From Eledone cirrhosa (lineage: Eukaryota): a DNA stretch of 64,000 bases. Shown here piece after piece: positions 1-14,079 of the stretch (position 1 is its first letter; each line of letters begins with the position of its first letter). The notes beneath the pieces are model-generated. The model had not been told where the DNA came from. It ran no database searches and was given only the letters and a program-made list of their open reading frames with translations. Where the stretch lies: assembly GCA_964016885.1 (NCBI GenBank), contig CAXHJY010001588.1, positions 1-64,000 of the forward strand, in the 5' to 3' direction. Made by a program: the position numbers and the translations under genes.

Positions 1-799
1 AAGCTAAGCTAAGCTAAGCTATCCTAAGCTAAGCTAAGCTAAGCTATCCTAAGCTAAGCTAAGCTATCCTAAGCTAAGCTAAGCTAAGCTATCCTAAGCT
101 AAGCTAAGCTAAGCTATCCTAAGCTAAGCTAAGCTATCCTAAGCTAAGCTAAGCTAAGCTCTCCTAAGCTAAGCTAAGCTAAGCTATCCTAAGCTATCCT
201 AAGCTAAGCTATCCTAAGCTAAGCTATCCTAAGCTATCCTAAGCTAAGCTATCCTAAGCTAAGCTAAGCTAAGCTATCCTAAGCTAAGCTAAGCTATCCT
301 AAGCTAAGCTAAGCTAAGCTATCCTAAGCTAAGCTAAGCTAAGCTATCCTAAGCTAAGCTAAGCTAAGCTATCCTAAGCTAAGCTAAGCTATCCTAAGCT
401 AAGCTAAGCTAAGCTATCCTAAGCTAAGCTAAGCTAAGCTATCCTAAGCTAAGCTAAGCTAAGCTATCCTAAGCTATCCTAAGCTATCCTAAGCTAAGCT
501 AAGCTAAGCTATCCTAAGCTAAGCTAAGCTAAGCTATCCTAAGCTAAGCTAAGCTAAGCTATCCTAAGCTAAGCTAAGCTATCCTAAGCTAAGCTAAGCT
601 AAGCTATCCTAAGCTAAGCTAAGCTAAGCTATCCTAAGCTATCCTAAGCTAAGCTATCCTAAGCTAAGCTAAGCTAAGCTATCCTAAGCTAAGCTAAGCT
701 AAGCTATCCTAAGCTAAGCTAAGCTAAGCTATCCTAAACTAAGCTAAGCTAAGCTATCCTAAGCTAAGCTATCCTAAGCTATTCTAAGCTAAGCTAAGC

Positions 800-2745
800 T
801 AAGCTAACCTAAGTTAAGCTATCCTAAGCTAAGCTATCCTAAGCTAAGCTATCCTAAGCTAAGCTAAGCTATCCTAAGCTAAGCTAAGCTAAGCTATCCT
901 AAGCTAAGCTAAGCTATCCTAAGCTAAGCTAAGCTAAGCTGTCCTAAGCTAAGCTAAGCTAAGCTATCCTAAGCTAAGCTAAGCTAAGCTATCCTAAGCT
1001 AAGCTAAGCTATCCTAAGCTAAGCTAAGCTAAGCTATCCTAAGCTAAGCTAAGCTAAGCTATCCTAAGCTAAGCTAAGCTAAGCTATCCTAAGCCAAGCT
1101 AAGCTATCCTAAGCTAAGCTAAGCTAAGCTGTCCTAAGCTAAGCTATCCTAAGCTATCCTAAGCTATCCTAAGCTAAGCTATCCTAAGCTATCCTAAGCT
1201 AAGCTATCCTAAGCTATCCTAAGCTAAGCTAAGCTAAGCTATCCTAAGCTAAGCTAAGCTAAGCTAAGCTATCCTAAGCTAAGCTAAGCTAAGCTATCCT
1301 AAGCTATCCTAAGCTAAGCTATCCTAAGCTAAGCTATCCTAAGCTATCCTAAGCTAAGCTATCCTAAGCTATCCTAAGCTAAGCTATCCTAAGCTAAGCT
1401 ATCCTAAGCTATCCTAAGCTAAGCTATCCTAAGCTATCCTAAGCTAAGCTATCCTAAGCTAAGCTAAGCTAAGCTAAGCTAACCTAAGCTAAGATATCCT
1501 AAGCTAAGCTAAGCTAAGCTATCCTAAGCTAAGCTAAGCTAAGCTATCCTAAGCTATCCTAAGCTAAGCTATCCTAAGCTAAGCTATCCTAAGCTAAGCT
1601 ATCCTAAGCTATCCTAAGCTAAGCTATCCTAAGCTAAGCTCTCCTAAGGTAAGCTATCCTAAGCTATCCTAAGCTAAGCTATCCTAAGCTATCCTAAGCT
1701 AAGCTAAGCTAAGCTATCCTAAGCTAAGCTAAGCTAAGCTAAGCTATCCTAAGCTAAGCTAAGCTAAGCTACCTAAGCTAAGCTAAGCTAAGCTATCCTA
1801 AGCTAAGCTATCCTAAGCTAAGCTAAGCTAAGCTATCCTAAGCTAAGCTAAGCTAAGCTATCCTAAGCTAAGCTAAGCTATCCTAAGCTAAGCTAAGCTA
1901 AGCTGTCCTAAGCTAAGCTAAGCTAAGCTATCCTAAGCTAAGCTAAGCTAAGCTATCCTAAGCTAAGCTAAGCTATCCTAAGCTAAGCTAAGCTAAGCTA
2001 TCCTAAGCTAAGCTAAGCTAAGCTATCCTAAGCTAAGCTAAGCTAAGCTATCCTAAGCCAAGCTAAGCTATCCTAAGCTAAGCTAAGCTAAGCTGTCCTA
2101 AGCTAAGCTATCCTAAGCTATCCTAAGCTATCCTAAGCTAAGCTATCCTAAGCTATCCTAAGCTAAGCTATCCTAAGCTATCCTAAGCTAAGCTAAGCTA
2201 AGCTATCCTAAGCTAAGCTAAGCTAAGCTAAGCTAAGCTATCCTAAGCTAAGCTAAGCTAAGCTATCCTAAGCTATCCTAAGCTAAGCTATCCTAAGCTA
2301 AGCTATCCTAAGCTATCCTAAGCTAAGCTATCCTAAGCTATCCTAAGCTAAGCTATCCTAAGCTAAGCTATCCTAAGCTATCCTAAGCTAAGCTATCCTA
2401 AGCTATCCTAAGCTAAGCTATCCTAAGCTAAGCTAAGCTAAGCTAAGCTAACCTAAGCTAAGCTATCCTAAGCTAAGCTAAGCTAAGCTATCCTAAGCTA
2501 AGCTAAGCTAAGCTATCCTAAGCTATCCTAAGCTAAGCTATCCTAAGCTAAGCTATCCTAAGCTAAGCTATCCTAAGCTATCCTAAGCTAAGCTATCCTA
2601 AGCTAAGCTCTCCTAAGGTAAGCTATCCTAAGCTATCCTAAGCTAAGCTATCCTAAGCTATCCTAAGCTAAGCTAAGCTAAGCTATCCTAAGCTAAGCTA
2701 AGCTAAGCTAAGCTATCCTAAGCTAAGCTAAGCTAAGCTACCTAA
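800..2745 (+). repeat. Tandem duplication of a ~965-970 bp higher-order unit (2 copies)
   Basis: Shared variants at constant offset: GTCCT 941/1905, AAGCC 1091/2055, CTCCT-AAGGT 1641/2610, 1-bp deletion ACCT 1771/2740. Confidence 0.9.
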
Positions 2746-5700
2746 GCTAAGCTAAGCTAAGCTATCCTAAGCTAAGCTAAGCTAAGCTATCCTAAGCTAA
2801 GCTAAGCTAAGCTCTCCTAAGCTAAGCTAAACTAAGCTATCCTAAGCTAAGCTAAGCTTTCCTAAGCTAAGCTAAGCTAAGCTATCCTAAGCTAAGCTAA
2901 TCTATCCTAAGCTAAGCTAAGCTAAGCTATCCTAAGCTAAGCTAAGCTAAGCTATCCTAAGCTAAGCTAAGCTAAGCTATCCTAAGCTAAGCTAAGCTAA
3001 GCTATCCTAAGCTAAGCTAAGCTATCCTAAGCTAAGCTAAGCTAAGCTATCCTAAGCTAAGCTAAGCTATCCTAAGCTAAGCTAAGCTAAGCTATCCTAA
3101 GCTATCCTAAGCTATCCTAAGCTAAGCTAAGCTAAGCTATCCTAAGCTAAGCTAAGCTAAGCTATCCTAAGCTAAGCTAAGCTAAGCTATCCTAAGCTAA
3201 GCTAAGCTATCCTAAGCTAAGCTAAGCTAAGCTATCCTAAGCTAAGCTAAGCTATCCTAAGCTAAGCTAAGCTAAGCTATCCTAAACTAAGCTAAGCTAA
3301 GCTATCCTAAGCTAAGCTAAGCTAAGCTATCCTAAGCTAAGCTAAGCTAAGCTATCCTAAGCTAAGCTATCCTAAGCTATCCTAAGCTAAGCTAAGCTAA
3401 GCTAACCTAAGCTAAGCTATCCTAAGCTAAGCTATCCTAAGCTAAGCTATCCTAAGCTAAGCTAAGCTAAGCTATCCTAAGCTAAGCTAAGCTAAGCTAT
3501 CCTAAGCTAAGCTAAGCTAAGCTATCCTAAGCTAAGCTAAGCTATCCTAAGCTAAGCTAAGCTAAGCTATCCTAAGCTAAGCTAAGCTAAGCTATCCTAA
3601 GCTAAGCTAAGCTAAGCTAACCTAAGCTAAGCTATCCTAAGCTAAGCTATCCTAAGCTAAGCTATCCTAAGCTAAGCTAAGCTAAGCTATCCTAAGCTAA
3701 GCTAAGCTAAGCTATCCTAAGCTAAGCTAAGCTAAGCTATCCTAAGCTAAGCTAAGCTATCCTAAGCTAAGCTAAGCTAAGCTATCCTAAGCTAAGCTAA
3801 GCTGAGCTATCCTAAGCTATCCTAAGCTAAGCTATCCTAAGCTAAGCTATCCTAAGCTATCCTAAGCTAAGCTATCCTAAGCTAAGCTAAGCTAAGCTAT
3901 CCTAAGCTAAGCTATCCTAAGCTAAGCTATCCTAAGCTATCCTAAGCTAAGCTATCCTAAGCTATCCTAAGCTAAGCTAAGCTAAGCTAAGCTAAGCTAA
4001 GCTATCCTAAGCTAAGCTAAGCTAAGCTATCCTAAGCTAAGCTAAGCTAAGCTATCCTAAGCTATCCTAAGCTAAGCTATCCTAAGCTAAGCTATCCTAA
4101 GCTATCCTAAGCTAAGCTATCCTAAGCTATCCTAAGCTAAGCTATCCTAAGCTAAGCTATCCTAAGCTAAGCTATCCTAAGCTATCCTAAGCTAAGCTAT
4201 CCTAAGCTATCCTAAGCTAAGCTAAGCTAAGCTATCCTAAGCTAAGCTAAGCTAAGCTATCCTAAGCTAAGCTAAGCTAAGCTTTCCTAAGCTATCCTAA
4301 GCTAAGCTATCCTAAGCTAAGCTATCCTAAGCTATCCTAAGCTAAGCTATCCTAAGCTATCCTAAGCTAAGCTATCCTAAGCTATCCTAAGCTAAGCTAT
4401 CCTAACCTAAGCTATCCTAAGCTATCCTAAGCTAAGCTATCCTAAGCTATCCTAAGCTAAGCTATCCTAAGCTATCCTAAGCTAAGCTAAGCTAAGCTAT
4501 CCTAAGCTAAGCTAAGCTTTCCTAAGCTAAGCTAAGCTAAGCTATCCTAAGCTAAGCTAATCTATCCTAAGCTAAGCTAAGCTAAGCTATCCTAAGCTAA
4601 GCTAAGCTAAGCTATCCTAAGCTAAGCTAAGCTAAGCTATCCTAAGCTAAGCTAAGCTATCCTAAGCTAAGCTAAGCTAAGCTATCCTAAGCTAAGCTAA
4701 GCTAAGCTATCCTAAGCTAAGCTAAGCTAAGCTATCCTAAGCTAAGCTAAGCTATCCTAAGCTAAGCTAAGCTATCCTAAGCTAAGCTAAGCTAAGCTAT
4801 CCTAAGCTAAGCTAAGCTAAGCTATCCTAAGCTAAGCTAAGCTAAGCTATCCTAAGCTATCCTAAGCTATCCTAAGCTAAGCTAAGCTAAGCTATCCTAA
4901 GCTAAGCTAAGCTAAGCTATCCTAAGCTAAGCTAAGCTAAGCTATCCTAAGCTAAGCTAAGCTATCCTAAGCTAAGCTAAGCTAAGCTATCCTAAGCTAA
5001 GCTAAGCTAAGCTATCCTAAGCTATCCTAAGCTAAGCTATCCTAAGCTAAGCTAAGCTAAGCTATCCTAAGCTAAGCTAAGCTAAGCTATCCTAAGCTAA
5101 GCTAAGCTAAGCTATCCTAAGCTAAGCTAAGCTAAGCTATCCTAAGCTAAGCTATCCTAAGCTATCCTAAGCTAAGCTAAGCTAAGCTAACCCAAGCTAA
5201 GCTATCCTAAGCTAAGCTATCCTAAGCTAAGCTATCCTAAGCTAAGCTAAGCTAAGCTATCCTAAGCTAAGCTAAGCTATCCTAAGCTAAGCTAAGCTAA
5301 GCTGTCCTAAGCTAAGCTAAGCTAAGCTATCCTAAGCTAAGCTAAGCTAAGCTATCCTAAGCTAAGCTAAGCTATCCTAAGCTAAGCTAAGCTAAGCTAT
5401 CCTAAGCTAAGCTAAGCTAAGCTATCCTAAGCTAAGCTAAGCTAAGCTATCCTAAGCTATCCTAAGCTATCCTAAGCTAAGCTATCCTAAGCTAAGCTAT
5501 CCTAAGCTATCCTAAGCTAAGCTAAGCTAAGCAATCCTAAGCTAAGCTAAGCTAAGCTATCCTAAGCTAAGCTAAGCTAAGCTATCCTAAGCTAAGCTAA
5601 GCTAAGCTATCCTAAGCTATCCTAAGCTAAGCTATCCTAAGCTAAGCTATCCTAAGCTATCCTAAGCTAAGCTATCCTAAGCTATCCTAAGCTAAGCTAT

Positions 5701-5759
5701 CCTAAGCTAAGCTATCCTAAGCTATCCTAAGCTATCCTAAGCTAAGCTATCCTAAGCTA

Positions 5760-8700
5760 AGCTAAGCTAAGCTAAGCTAACCTAAGCTAAGCTATCCTAA
5801 GCTAAGCTAAGCTAAGCTATCCTAAGCTAAGCTAAGCTAAGCTATCCTAAGCTATCCTAAGCTAAGCTATCCTAAGCTAAGCTATCCTAAGCTAAGCTAT
5901 CCTAAGCTATCCTAAGCTAAGCTATCCTAAGCTAAGCTCTCCTAAGGTAAGCTATCCTAAGCTATCCTAAGCTAAGCTATCCTAAGCTATCCTAAGCTAA
6001 GCTAAGCTAAGCTCTCCTAAGCTAAGCTAAGCTAAGCTATCCTAAGCTAAGCTAAGCTAAGCTAAGCTATCCTAAGCTAAGCTAAGCTAAGCTACCTAAG
6101 CTAAGCTAAGCTATCCTAAGCTAAGCTAAGCTAAGCTATCCTAAGCTAAGCTAAGCTAAGCTCTCCTAAGCTAAGCTAAGCTAAGCTATCCTAAGCTAAG
6201 CTAAGCTTTCCTAAGCTAAGCTAAGCTAAGCTATCCTAAGCTAAGCTAATCTATCCTAAGCTAAGCTAAGCTAAGCTATCCTAAGCTAAGCTAAGCTAAG
6301 CTATCCTAAGCTAAGCTAAGCTAAGCTATCCTAAGCTAAGCTAAGCTAAGCTATCCTAAGCTAAGCTAAGCTAAGCTATCCTAAGCTAAGCTAAGCTATC
6401 CTAAGCTAAGCTAAGCTAAGCTATCCTAAGCTAAGCTAAGCTATCCTAAGCTAAGCTAAGCTAAGCTATCCTAAGCTATCCTAAGCTATCCTAAGCTAAG
6501 CTAAGCTAAGCTATCCTAAGCTAAGCTAAGCTAAGCTATCCTAAGCTAAGCTAAGCTAAGCTATCCTAAGCTAAGCTAAGCTATCCTAAGCTAAGCTAAG
6601 CTAAGCTATCCTAAGCTAAGCTAAGCTAAGCAATCCTAAGCTATCCTAAGCTAAGCTATCCTAAGCTAAGCTAAGCTAAGCTATCCTAAGCTAAGCTAAG
6701 CTAAGCTATCCTAAGCTAAGCTAAGCTAAGTTATCCTAAGCTAAGCTATCCTAAGCTATCCTAAGCTAAGCTAAGCTAAGCTAACCTAAGCTAAGCTATC
6801 CTAAGCTAAGCTATCCTAAGCTAAGCTATCCTAAGCTAAGCTAAGCTAAGCTATCCTAAGCTAAGCTAAGCTAAGCTATCCTAAGCTAAGCTAAGCTATC
6901 CTAAGCTAAGCTAAGCTAAGCTATCCTAAGCTAAGCTAAGCTAAGCTATCCTAAGCTAAGCTAAGCTATCCTAAGCTAAGCTAAGCTAAGCTATCCTAAG
7001 CTAAGCTAAGCTAATCTATCCTAAGCTATCCTAAGCTAAGCTATCCTAACCTAAGATATCCTAAGCTATCCTAAGCTAAGCTATCCTAAGCTAAGCTAAG
7101 CTAAGCTATCCTAAGCTAAGCTATCCTAAGCTAAGCTATCCTAAGCTATCCTAAGCTAAGCTATCCTAAGCTATCCTAAGCTAAGCTATCCTAAGCTATC
7201 CTAAGCTAAGCTATCCTAAGCTATCCTAAGCTAAGCTAAGCTATCCTAAGCTAAGCTAAGCTAAGCTATCCTAAGCTAAGCTAAGCTATCCTAAGCTAAG
7301 CTAAGCTAAGCTATCCTAAGCTATCCTAAGCTAAGCTATCCTAAGCTAAGCTATCCTAAGCTATCCTAAGCTAAGCTATCCTAAGCTATCCTAAGCTAAG
7401 CTATCCTAAGCTAAGCTATCCTAAGCTAAGCTATCCTAAGCTATCCTAAGCTAAGCTATCCTAAGCTATCCTAAGCTAAGCTAAGCTAAGCTATCCTAAG
7501 CTAAGCTAAGCTAAGCTATCCTAAGTTAAGCTAAGCTAAGCTTTCCTAAGCTATCCTAAGCTAAGCTATCCTAAGCTAAGCTATCCTAAGCTATCCTAAG
7601 CTAAGCTATCCTAAGCTATCCTAAGCTAAGCTATCCTAAGCTATCCTAAGCTAAACTATCCTAACCTAAGCTATCCTAAGCTATCCTAAGCTAAGCTATC
7701 CTAAGCTATCCTAAGCTAAGCTATCCTAAGCTATCCTAAGCTAAGCTATCCTAAGCTATCCTAAGCTAAGCTAAGCTAAGCTATCCTAAACTAAGCTAAG
7801 CTATCCTAAGCTAAGCTAAGCTAAGCTATCCTAAGCTATCCTAAGCTAAGCTATCCTAAGCTAAGCTAAGCTAAGCTATCCTAAGCCAAGCTAAGCTAAG
7901 CTATCCTAAGCCAAGCTAAGCTAAGCTATCCTAAGCTAAGCTAAGCTATCCTAAGCTAAGCTAAGCTAAGCTATCCTAAGCTAAGCTATGCTAAGCTATC
8001 CTAAGCTAAGCTAAGCTAAGCTATCCTAAGCTAAGCTAAGCTAAGCTATCCTAAGCTAAGCTAAGCTAAGCTATCCTAAGCTAAGCTAAGCTAAGCTATC
8101 CTAAGCTAAGCTAAGCTAAGCTATCCTAAGCTAAGCTATGCTAAGCTATCCTAAGCTAAGCTAAGCTAAGCTATCCTAAGCTAAGCTATCCTAAGCTAAG
8201 CTAAGCTAAGCTATCCTAAGCTAAGCTAAGCTAAGCTATCCTAAGCTAAGCTATCCTAAGCTAAGCTAAGCTAAGCTATCCTAAGCTAAGCCAAGCTAAG
8301 CTATCCTAAGCTAAGCTAAGCTAAGCTATCCTAAACTAAGCTAAGCTAAGCTATCCTAAGCTAAGCTAAGCTAAGCTATCCTAAGCTAAGCTAAGCTATC
8401 CTAAGCTAAGCTAAGCTAAGCTATCCTAAGCTAAGCTAAGCTAAGCTTTCCTAAGCTATCCTAAGCTAAGCTATCCTAAGCTAAGCTAAGCTAAGCTATC
8501 CTAAGCTAAGCTAAGCTATCCTAAGCTAAGCTAAGCTAAGCTATCCTAAGCTAAGCTATCCTAAGCTATCCTAAGCTAAGCTATCCTAAGCTATCCTAAG
8601 CTAAGCTATCCTAAGCTAAGCTATCCTAAGCTAAGCTATCCTAAGCTAAGCTATTCTAAGCTAAGCTAAGCTAAGCTATCCTAAGCTAAGCTAAGCTAAG

Positions 8701-10250
8701 CTATCCTAAGCTAAGCTAAGCTAAGCTATCCTAAGCTAAGCTAAGCTAAGCAATCCTAAGCTAAGCTAAGCTAAGCTATCCTAAGCTAAGCTAAGCTAAG
8801 CTATCCTAAGCTAAGCTAAGCTATCCTAAGCTAAGCTAAGCTAAGCTATCCTAAGCTAAGCTAAGCTAAGCTATCCTAAGCTATCCTAAGCTAAGCTATC
8901 CTAAGCTAAGCTATCCTAAGCTATCCCAAGCTAAGCTATCCTAAGCTAAGCTAAGCTAAGCTATCCTAAGCTAAGCTATCCTAAGCTAAGCTATCCTAAG
9001 CTATCCTAAGCTAAGCTATCCTAATCTATCCTAAGCTAAGCTATCCTAAGCTATCCTAAGCTAAGCTATCCTAAGCTATCCTAAGCTAAGCTAAGCTAAG
9101 CTATCCTAAGCTATCCTAAGCTAAGCTATCCTAAGCTAAACTATCCTAAGCTATCCTAAGCTAAGCTATCCTAAGCTATCCTAAGCTAAGCTATCCTAAG
9201 CTATCCTAAGCTAAGCTAAGCTAAGCTATCCTAAGCTAAGCTAAGCTAAGCTATCCTAAGCTAAGCTAAGCTAAGCTATCCTAAGCTAAGTTAAGCTAAG
9301 CTATCCTAAGCTATCCTAAGCTAAGCTATCCTAAGCTAAGCTATCCTAAGCTATCCTAAGCTAAGCTATCCTAAGCTATCCTAAGCTAAGCTATCCTAAG
9401 CTAAGCTATCCTAAGCTAAGCTATCCTAAGCTATCCTAAGCTAAGCTATCCTAAGCTATCCTAAGCTAAGCTATCCTAAGCTATCCTAAGCTAAGCTAAG
9501 CTAAGCTATCCTAAGCTAAGCTAAGCTAAGCTATCCTAAGCTAAGCTAAGCTAAGCTATCCTAAGCTAAGCTAAGCTAAGCTATCCTAAGCTATCCTAAG
9601 CTAAGCTATCCTAAGCTAAGCTATCCTAAGCTAAGCTATCCTAAGCTATCCTAAGCTAAGCTATCCTAAGCTAAGCTCTCCTAAGGTAAGCTATCCTAAG
9701 CTATCCTAAGCTAAGCTATCCTAAGCTATCCTAAGCTAAGCTAAGCTAAGCTATCCTAAGCTAAGCTAAGCTAAGCTATCCTAAGCTAAGCTAAGCTAAG
9801 CTATCCTAAGTTAAGCTAAGCTAAGCTATCCTAAGCTAAGTTAAGCTAAGCTATCCTAAGCTAAGCTAAGCTAAGCTATCCTAAGCTAAGCTAAGCTAAG
9901 CTCTCCTAAGCTAAGCTATCCTAAGCTATCCTAAGCTAAGCTAAGCTATCCTAAGCTAAGCTAAGCTAAGCTATCCTAAGCTAAGCTAAGCTATCCTAAG
10001 CTAAGCTAAGCGATCCTAAGCTAAGCTAAGCTAAGCTATCCTAAGCTAAGCTAAGCTAAGCTATCCTAAGCTAAGCTAAGCTAAGCTATCCTAAGCTAAG
10101 CTAAGCTAAGCTATCCTAAGCTAAGCTAAGCTAAGCTATCCTAAGCTAAGCTAAGCTAAGCTATCCTAAGCAAAGCTAAGCTAAGCTATCCTAAGCTAAG
10201 CTATCCTAAGCTAAGCTATCCTAAGCTATCCTAAGCTAAGCTATCCTAAG
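5760..10250 (+). repeat. ~4.49-kb higher-order unit, first copy (others at ~30.6, ~41.8 and ~46.3 kb)
   Basis: The ordered marker series CTCCT-AAGGT 5939, ACCT 6094, AACCT-AAGAT ~7050, ATGCT 7988/8138, ATCCC ~8923, CTCCT-AAGGT 9678, AAGCG ~10008 recurs in the same order in the other copies. Confidence 0.88.
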
Positions 10251-13200
10251 CTAAGCTAAGCTAAGCTAACCTAAGCTAAGCTATCCTAAGCTAAGCTAAG
10301 CTAAGCTATCCTAAGCTAAGCTAAGCTAAGCTATCCTAAGCTATCCTAAGCTAAGCTATCCTAAGCTAAGCTATCCTAAGCTAAGCTATCCTAAGCTATC
10401 CTAAGCTAAGCTATCCTAAGCTAAGCTCTCCTAAGGTAAGCTATCCTAAGCTATCCTAAGCTAAGCTATCCTAAGCTATCCTAAGCTAAGCTAAGCTAAG
10501 CTATCCTAAGCTAAGCTAAGCTAAGCTATCCTAAGCTAAGCTAAGCTAAGCTAAGCTATCCTAAGCTAAGCTAAGCTAAGCTACCTAAGCTAAGCTAAGC
10601 TATCCTAAGCTAAGCTAAGCTAAGCTATCCTAAGCTAAGCTAAGCTCTCCTAAGCTAAGCTAAGCTAAGCTATCCTAAGCTAAGCTAAGCTTTCCTAAGC
10701 TAAGCTAAGCTAAGCTATCCTAAGCTAAGCTAATCTATCCTAAGCTAAGCTAAGCTAAGCTATCCTAAGCTAAGCTAAGCTAAGCTATCCTAAGCTAAGC
10801 TAAGCTAAGCTATCCTAAGCAAAGCTAAGCTATCCTAAGCTAAGCTAAGCTATCCTAAGCTAAGCTAAGCTAAGCTATCCTAAGCTAAGCTATCCTAAGC
10901 TAAGCTAAGCTAAGCTATCCTAAGCTAAGCTAAGCTAAGCTATCCTAAGCTAAGCTAAGCTAAGCTATCCTAAGCTAAGCTAAGCTAAGCTATCCTAAGC
11001 AAAGCTAAGCTAAGCTATCCTAAGCTAAGCTATCCTAAGCTAAGCTAAGCTAAGCTATCCTAAGCTAAGCTAAGCTAAGCTATCCTAAGCAAAGCTAAGC
11101 TATCCTAAGCTAAGCTAAGCTAAGCTATCCTAAGCTAAGCTAAGCTATCCTAAGCTAAGCTAAGCTAAGCTATCCTAAGCTAAGCTAAGCTATCCTAAGC
11201 TAAGCAAAGCTAAGCTATCCTAAGCTAAGCTAAGCTAAGCTATCCTAAGCTAAGCTAAGCTAAGCTATCCTAAGCCATCCTAAGCTATCCTAAGCTAACC
11301 TAAGCTAAGCTATCCTAAGCTAAGCTAAGCTGAGCTATCCTAAGCTAAGCTAAGCTATCCTAAGCTAAGCTAAGCTAAGCTATCCTAAGCTAAGCTAAGC
11401 TAAGCTATCCTAAGCTAAGCTAAGCTAAGCTATCCTAAGCTAAGCTAAGCTATCCTAAGCTAAGCTAAGCTAAGCTATCCTAAGCTAAGCTAAGCTAAGC
11501 TATCCTAAGCTATCCTAAGCTAAGCTATCCTAAGCTAAGCTATCCTAAGCTATCCTAAGCTAAGCTATCCTAAGCTAAGCTAAGCTAAGCTATCCTAAGC
11601 TAAGCTATCCTAAGCTAAGCTATCCTAAGCTATCCTAAGCTAAGCTATCCTAAGCTATCCTAAGCTAAGCTATCCTAAGCTATCCTAAGCTAAGCTATCC
11701 TAAGCTATCCTAAGCTAAGCTAAGCTAAGCTATCCTAAGCTAAGCTAAGCTAAGCTAAGCTATCCTAAGCTAAGCTAAGCTAAGCTATCCTAAGCTAAGC
11801 TAAGCTAAGCTATCCTAAGCTATCCTAAGCTAAGCTATCCTAAGCTAAGCTATCCTAAGCTATCCTAAGCTAAGCTCTCCTAAGCTAAGCTATCCAAAGC
11901 TAAGCTATCCTAAGCTATCCTAAGCTAAGCTATCCTAAGCTATCCTAAGCTAAGCTAAGCTAAGCTATCCTAAGCTAAGCTAAGCTAAGCTATCCTAAGC
12001 TAAGCTAAGCTAAGCTTTCCTAAGCTATCCTAAGCTAAGCTATTCTAAGCTAAGCTATCCTAAGCTATCCTAAGCTAAGCTATCCTAAGCTATCCTAAGC
12101 TAAGCTATCCTAAGCTAATCTATCCTAAGCTAAGCTATCCTAAGCTAACCTAAGCTAAGCTATCCTAAGCTATCCTAAGCTAAGCTATCCTAAGCTATCC
12201 TAGGCTAAGCTAAGCTAAGCTATCCTAAGCTAAGCTAAGCTAAGCTATCCTAAGCTAAGCTAAGCTAAGCTATCCTAAGCTAAGCTAAGCTAAGCTATCC
12301 TAAGCTATCCTAAGCTAAGCTATCCTAAGCTAAGCTATCCTAAGCTAAGCTATCCTAAGCTATCCTAAGCTAAGCTATCCTAAGCTATCCTAAGCTAAGC
12401 TATCCTAAGCTAAGCTATCCTAAGCTAAGCTATCCTAAGCTATCCTAAGCTAAGCTATCCTAAGCTATCCTAAGCTAAGCTATCCTAAGCTATCCTAAGC
12501 TAAGCTAAGCTAAGCTATCCTAAGCTAAGCTAAGCTAAGCTATCCTAAGCTAAGCTAAGCTAAGCTATCCTAAGCTAAGCTAAGCTAAGCTATCCTAAGC
12601 GATCCTAAGCTAAGCTATCCTAAGCTAAGCTATCCTAAGCTATCCTAAGCTAAGCAATCCTAAGCTATCCTAAGCTAAGCTATCCTAAGCTAAGCTATCC
12701 TAAGCTATCCTAAGCTAAGCTATCCTAAGCTATCCTAAGCTAAGCTATCCTAAGCTATCCTAAGCTAAGCTAAGCTAAGCTAACCTAAGCTAAGCTATCC
12801 TAAGCTAAGCTAAGCTAAGCTATCCTAAGCTAAGCTAAGCTAAGCTATCCTAAGCTATCCTAAGCTAAGCTATCCTAAGCTAAGCTATCCTAAGCTAAGC
12901 TATCCTAAGCTATCCTAAGCTAAGCTATCCTAAGCTAAGCTCTCCTAAGGTAAGCTATCCTAAGCTATCCTAAGCTAAGCTATCCTAAGCTATCCTAAGC
13001 TAAGCTAAGCTAAGCTATCCTAAGCTAAGCTAAGCTAAGCTACCTAAGCTAAGCTAAGCTAAGCTATCCTAAGCTAAGCTAAGCTAAGCTATCCTAAGCT
13101 AAGCTAAGCTCTCCTAAGCTAAGCTAAGCTAAGCTATCCTAAGCTAAGCTAAGCTTTCCTAAGCTAAGCTAAGCTAAGCTATCCTAAGCTAAGCTAATCT

Positions 13201-14079
13201 ATCCTAAGCTAAGCTAAGCTAAGCTATCCTAAGCTAAGCTAAGCTAAGCTATCCTAAGCTAAGCTAAGCTAAGCTATCCTAAGCTAAGCTAAGCTAAGCT
13301 ATCCTAAGCTAAGCTAAGCTAAGCTATCCTAAGCTAAGCTAAGCTAAGCTATCCTAAGCTAAGCTAAGCTAAGCTATCCTAAGCTAAGCTATCCTAAGCT
13401 AAGCTAAGCTATCCTAAGCTAAGCTAAGCTAAGCTATCCTAAGCTAAGCTAAGCTAAGCTATCCTAAGCTAAGCTAAGCTATCCTAAGCTAAGCTAAGCT
13501 AAGCTATCCTAAGCTAAGCTAAGCTAAGCTATCCTAAGCTAAGCTAAGCTAAGCTATCCTAAGCTATCCTAAGCTATCCTAAGCTAAGCTATCCTAAGCT
13601 ATCCTAAGCTAAGCTAAGCTAAGCTATCCTAAGCTAAGCTAAGCTAAGCTATCCTAAGCTAAGCTAAGCTAAGCTATCCTAAGCTAAGCTAAGCTAAGCT
13701 ATCCTAAGCTATCCTAAGCTAAGCTATCCTAAGCTAAGCTATTCTAAGCTATCCTAAGCTAAGCTATCCTAAGCTATCCTAAGCTAAGCTATCCTAAGCT
13801 AAGCTATCCTAAGCTATCCTAAGCTAAGCTATCCTAAGCTAAGCTAAGCTAAGCTAACCTAAGCTAAGCTATCCTAAGCTAAGCTAAGCTAAGCTATCCT
13901 AAGCTAAGCTAAGCTAAGCTATCCTAAGCTATCCTAAGCTAAGCTATCCTAAGCTAAGCTATCCTAAGCTAAGCTATCCTAAGCTATCCTAAGCTAAGCT
14001 ATCCTAAGCTAAGCTAAGCTAAGCTATCCTAAGCTAAGCTATCCTAAGCTATCCTAAGCTAAGCTAAGCTAAGCTAACC

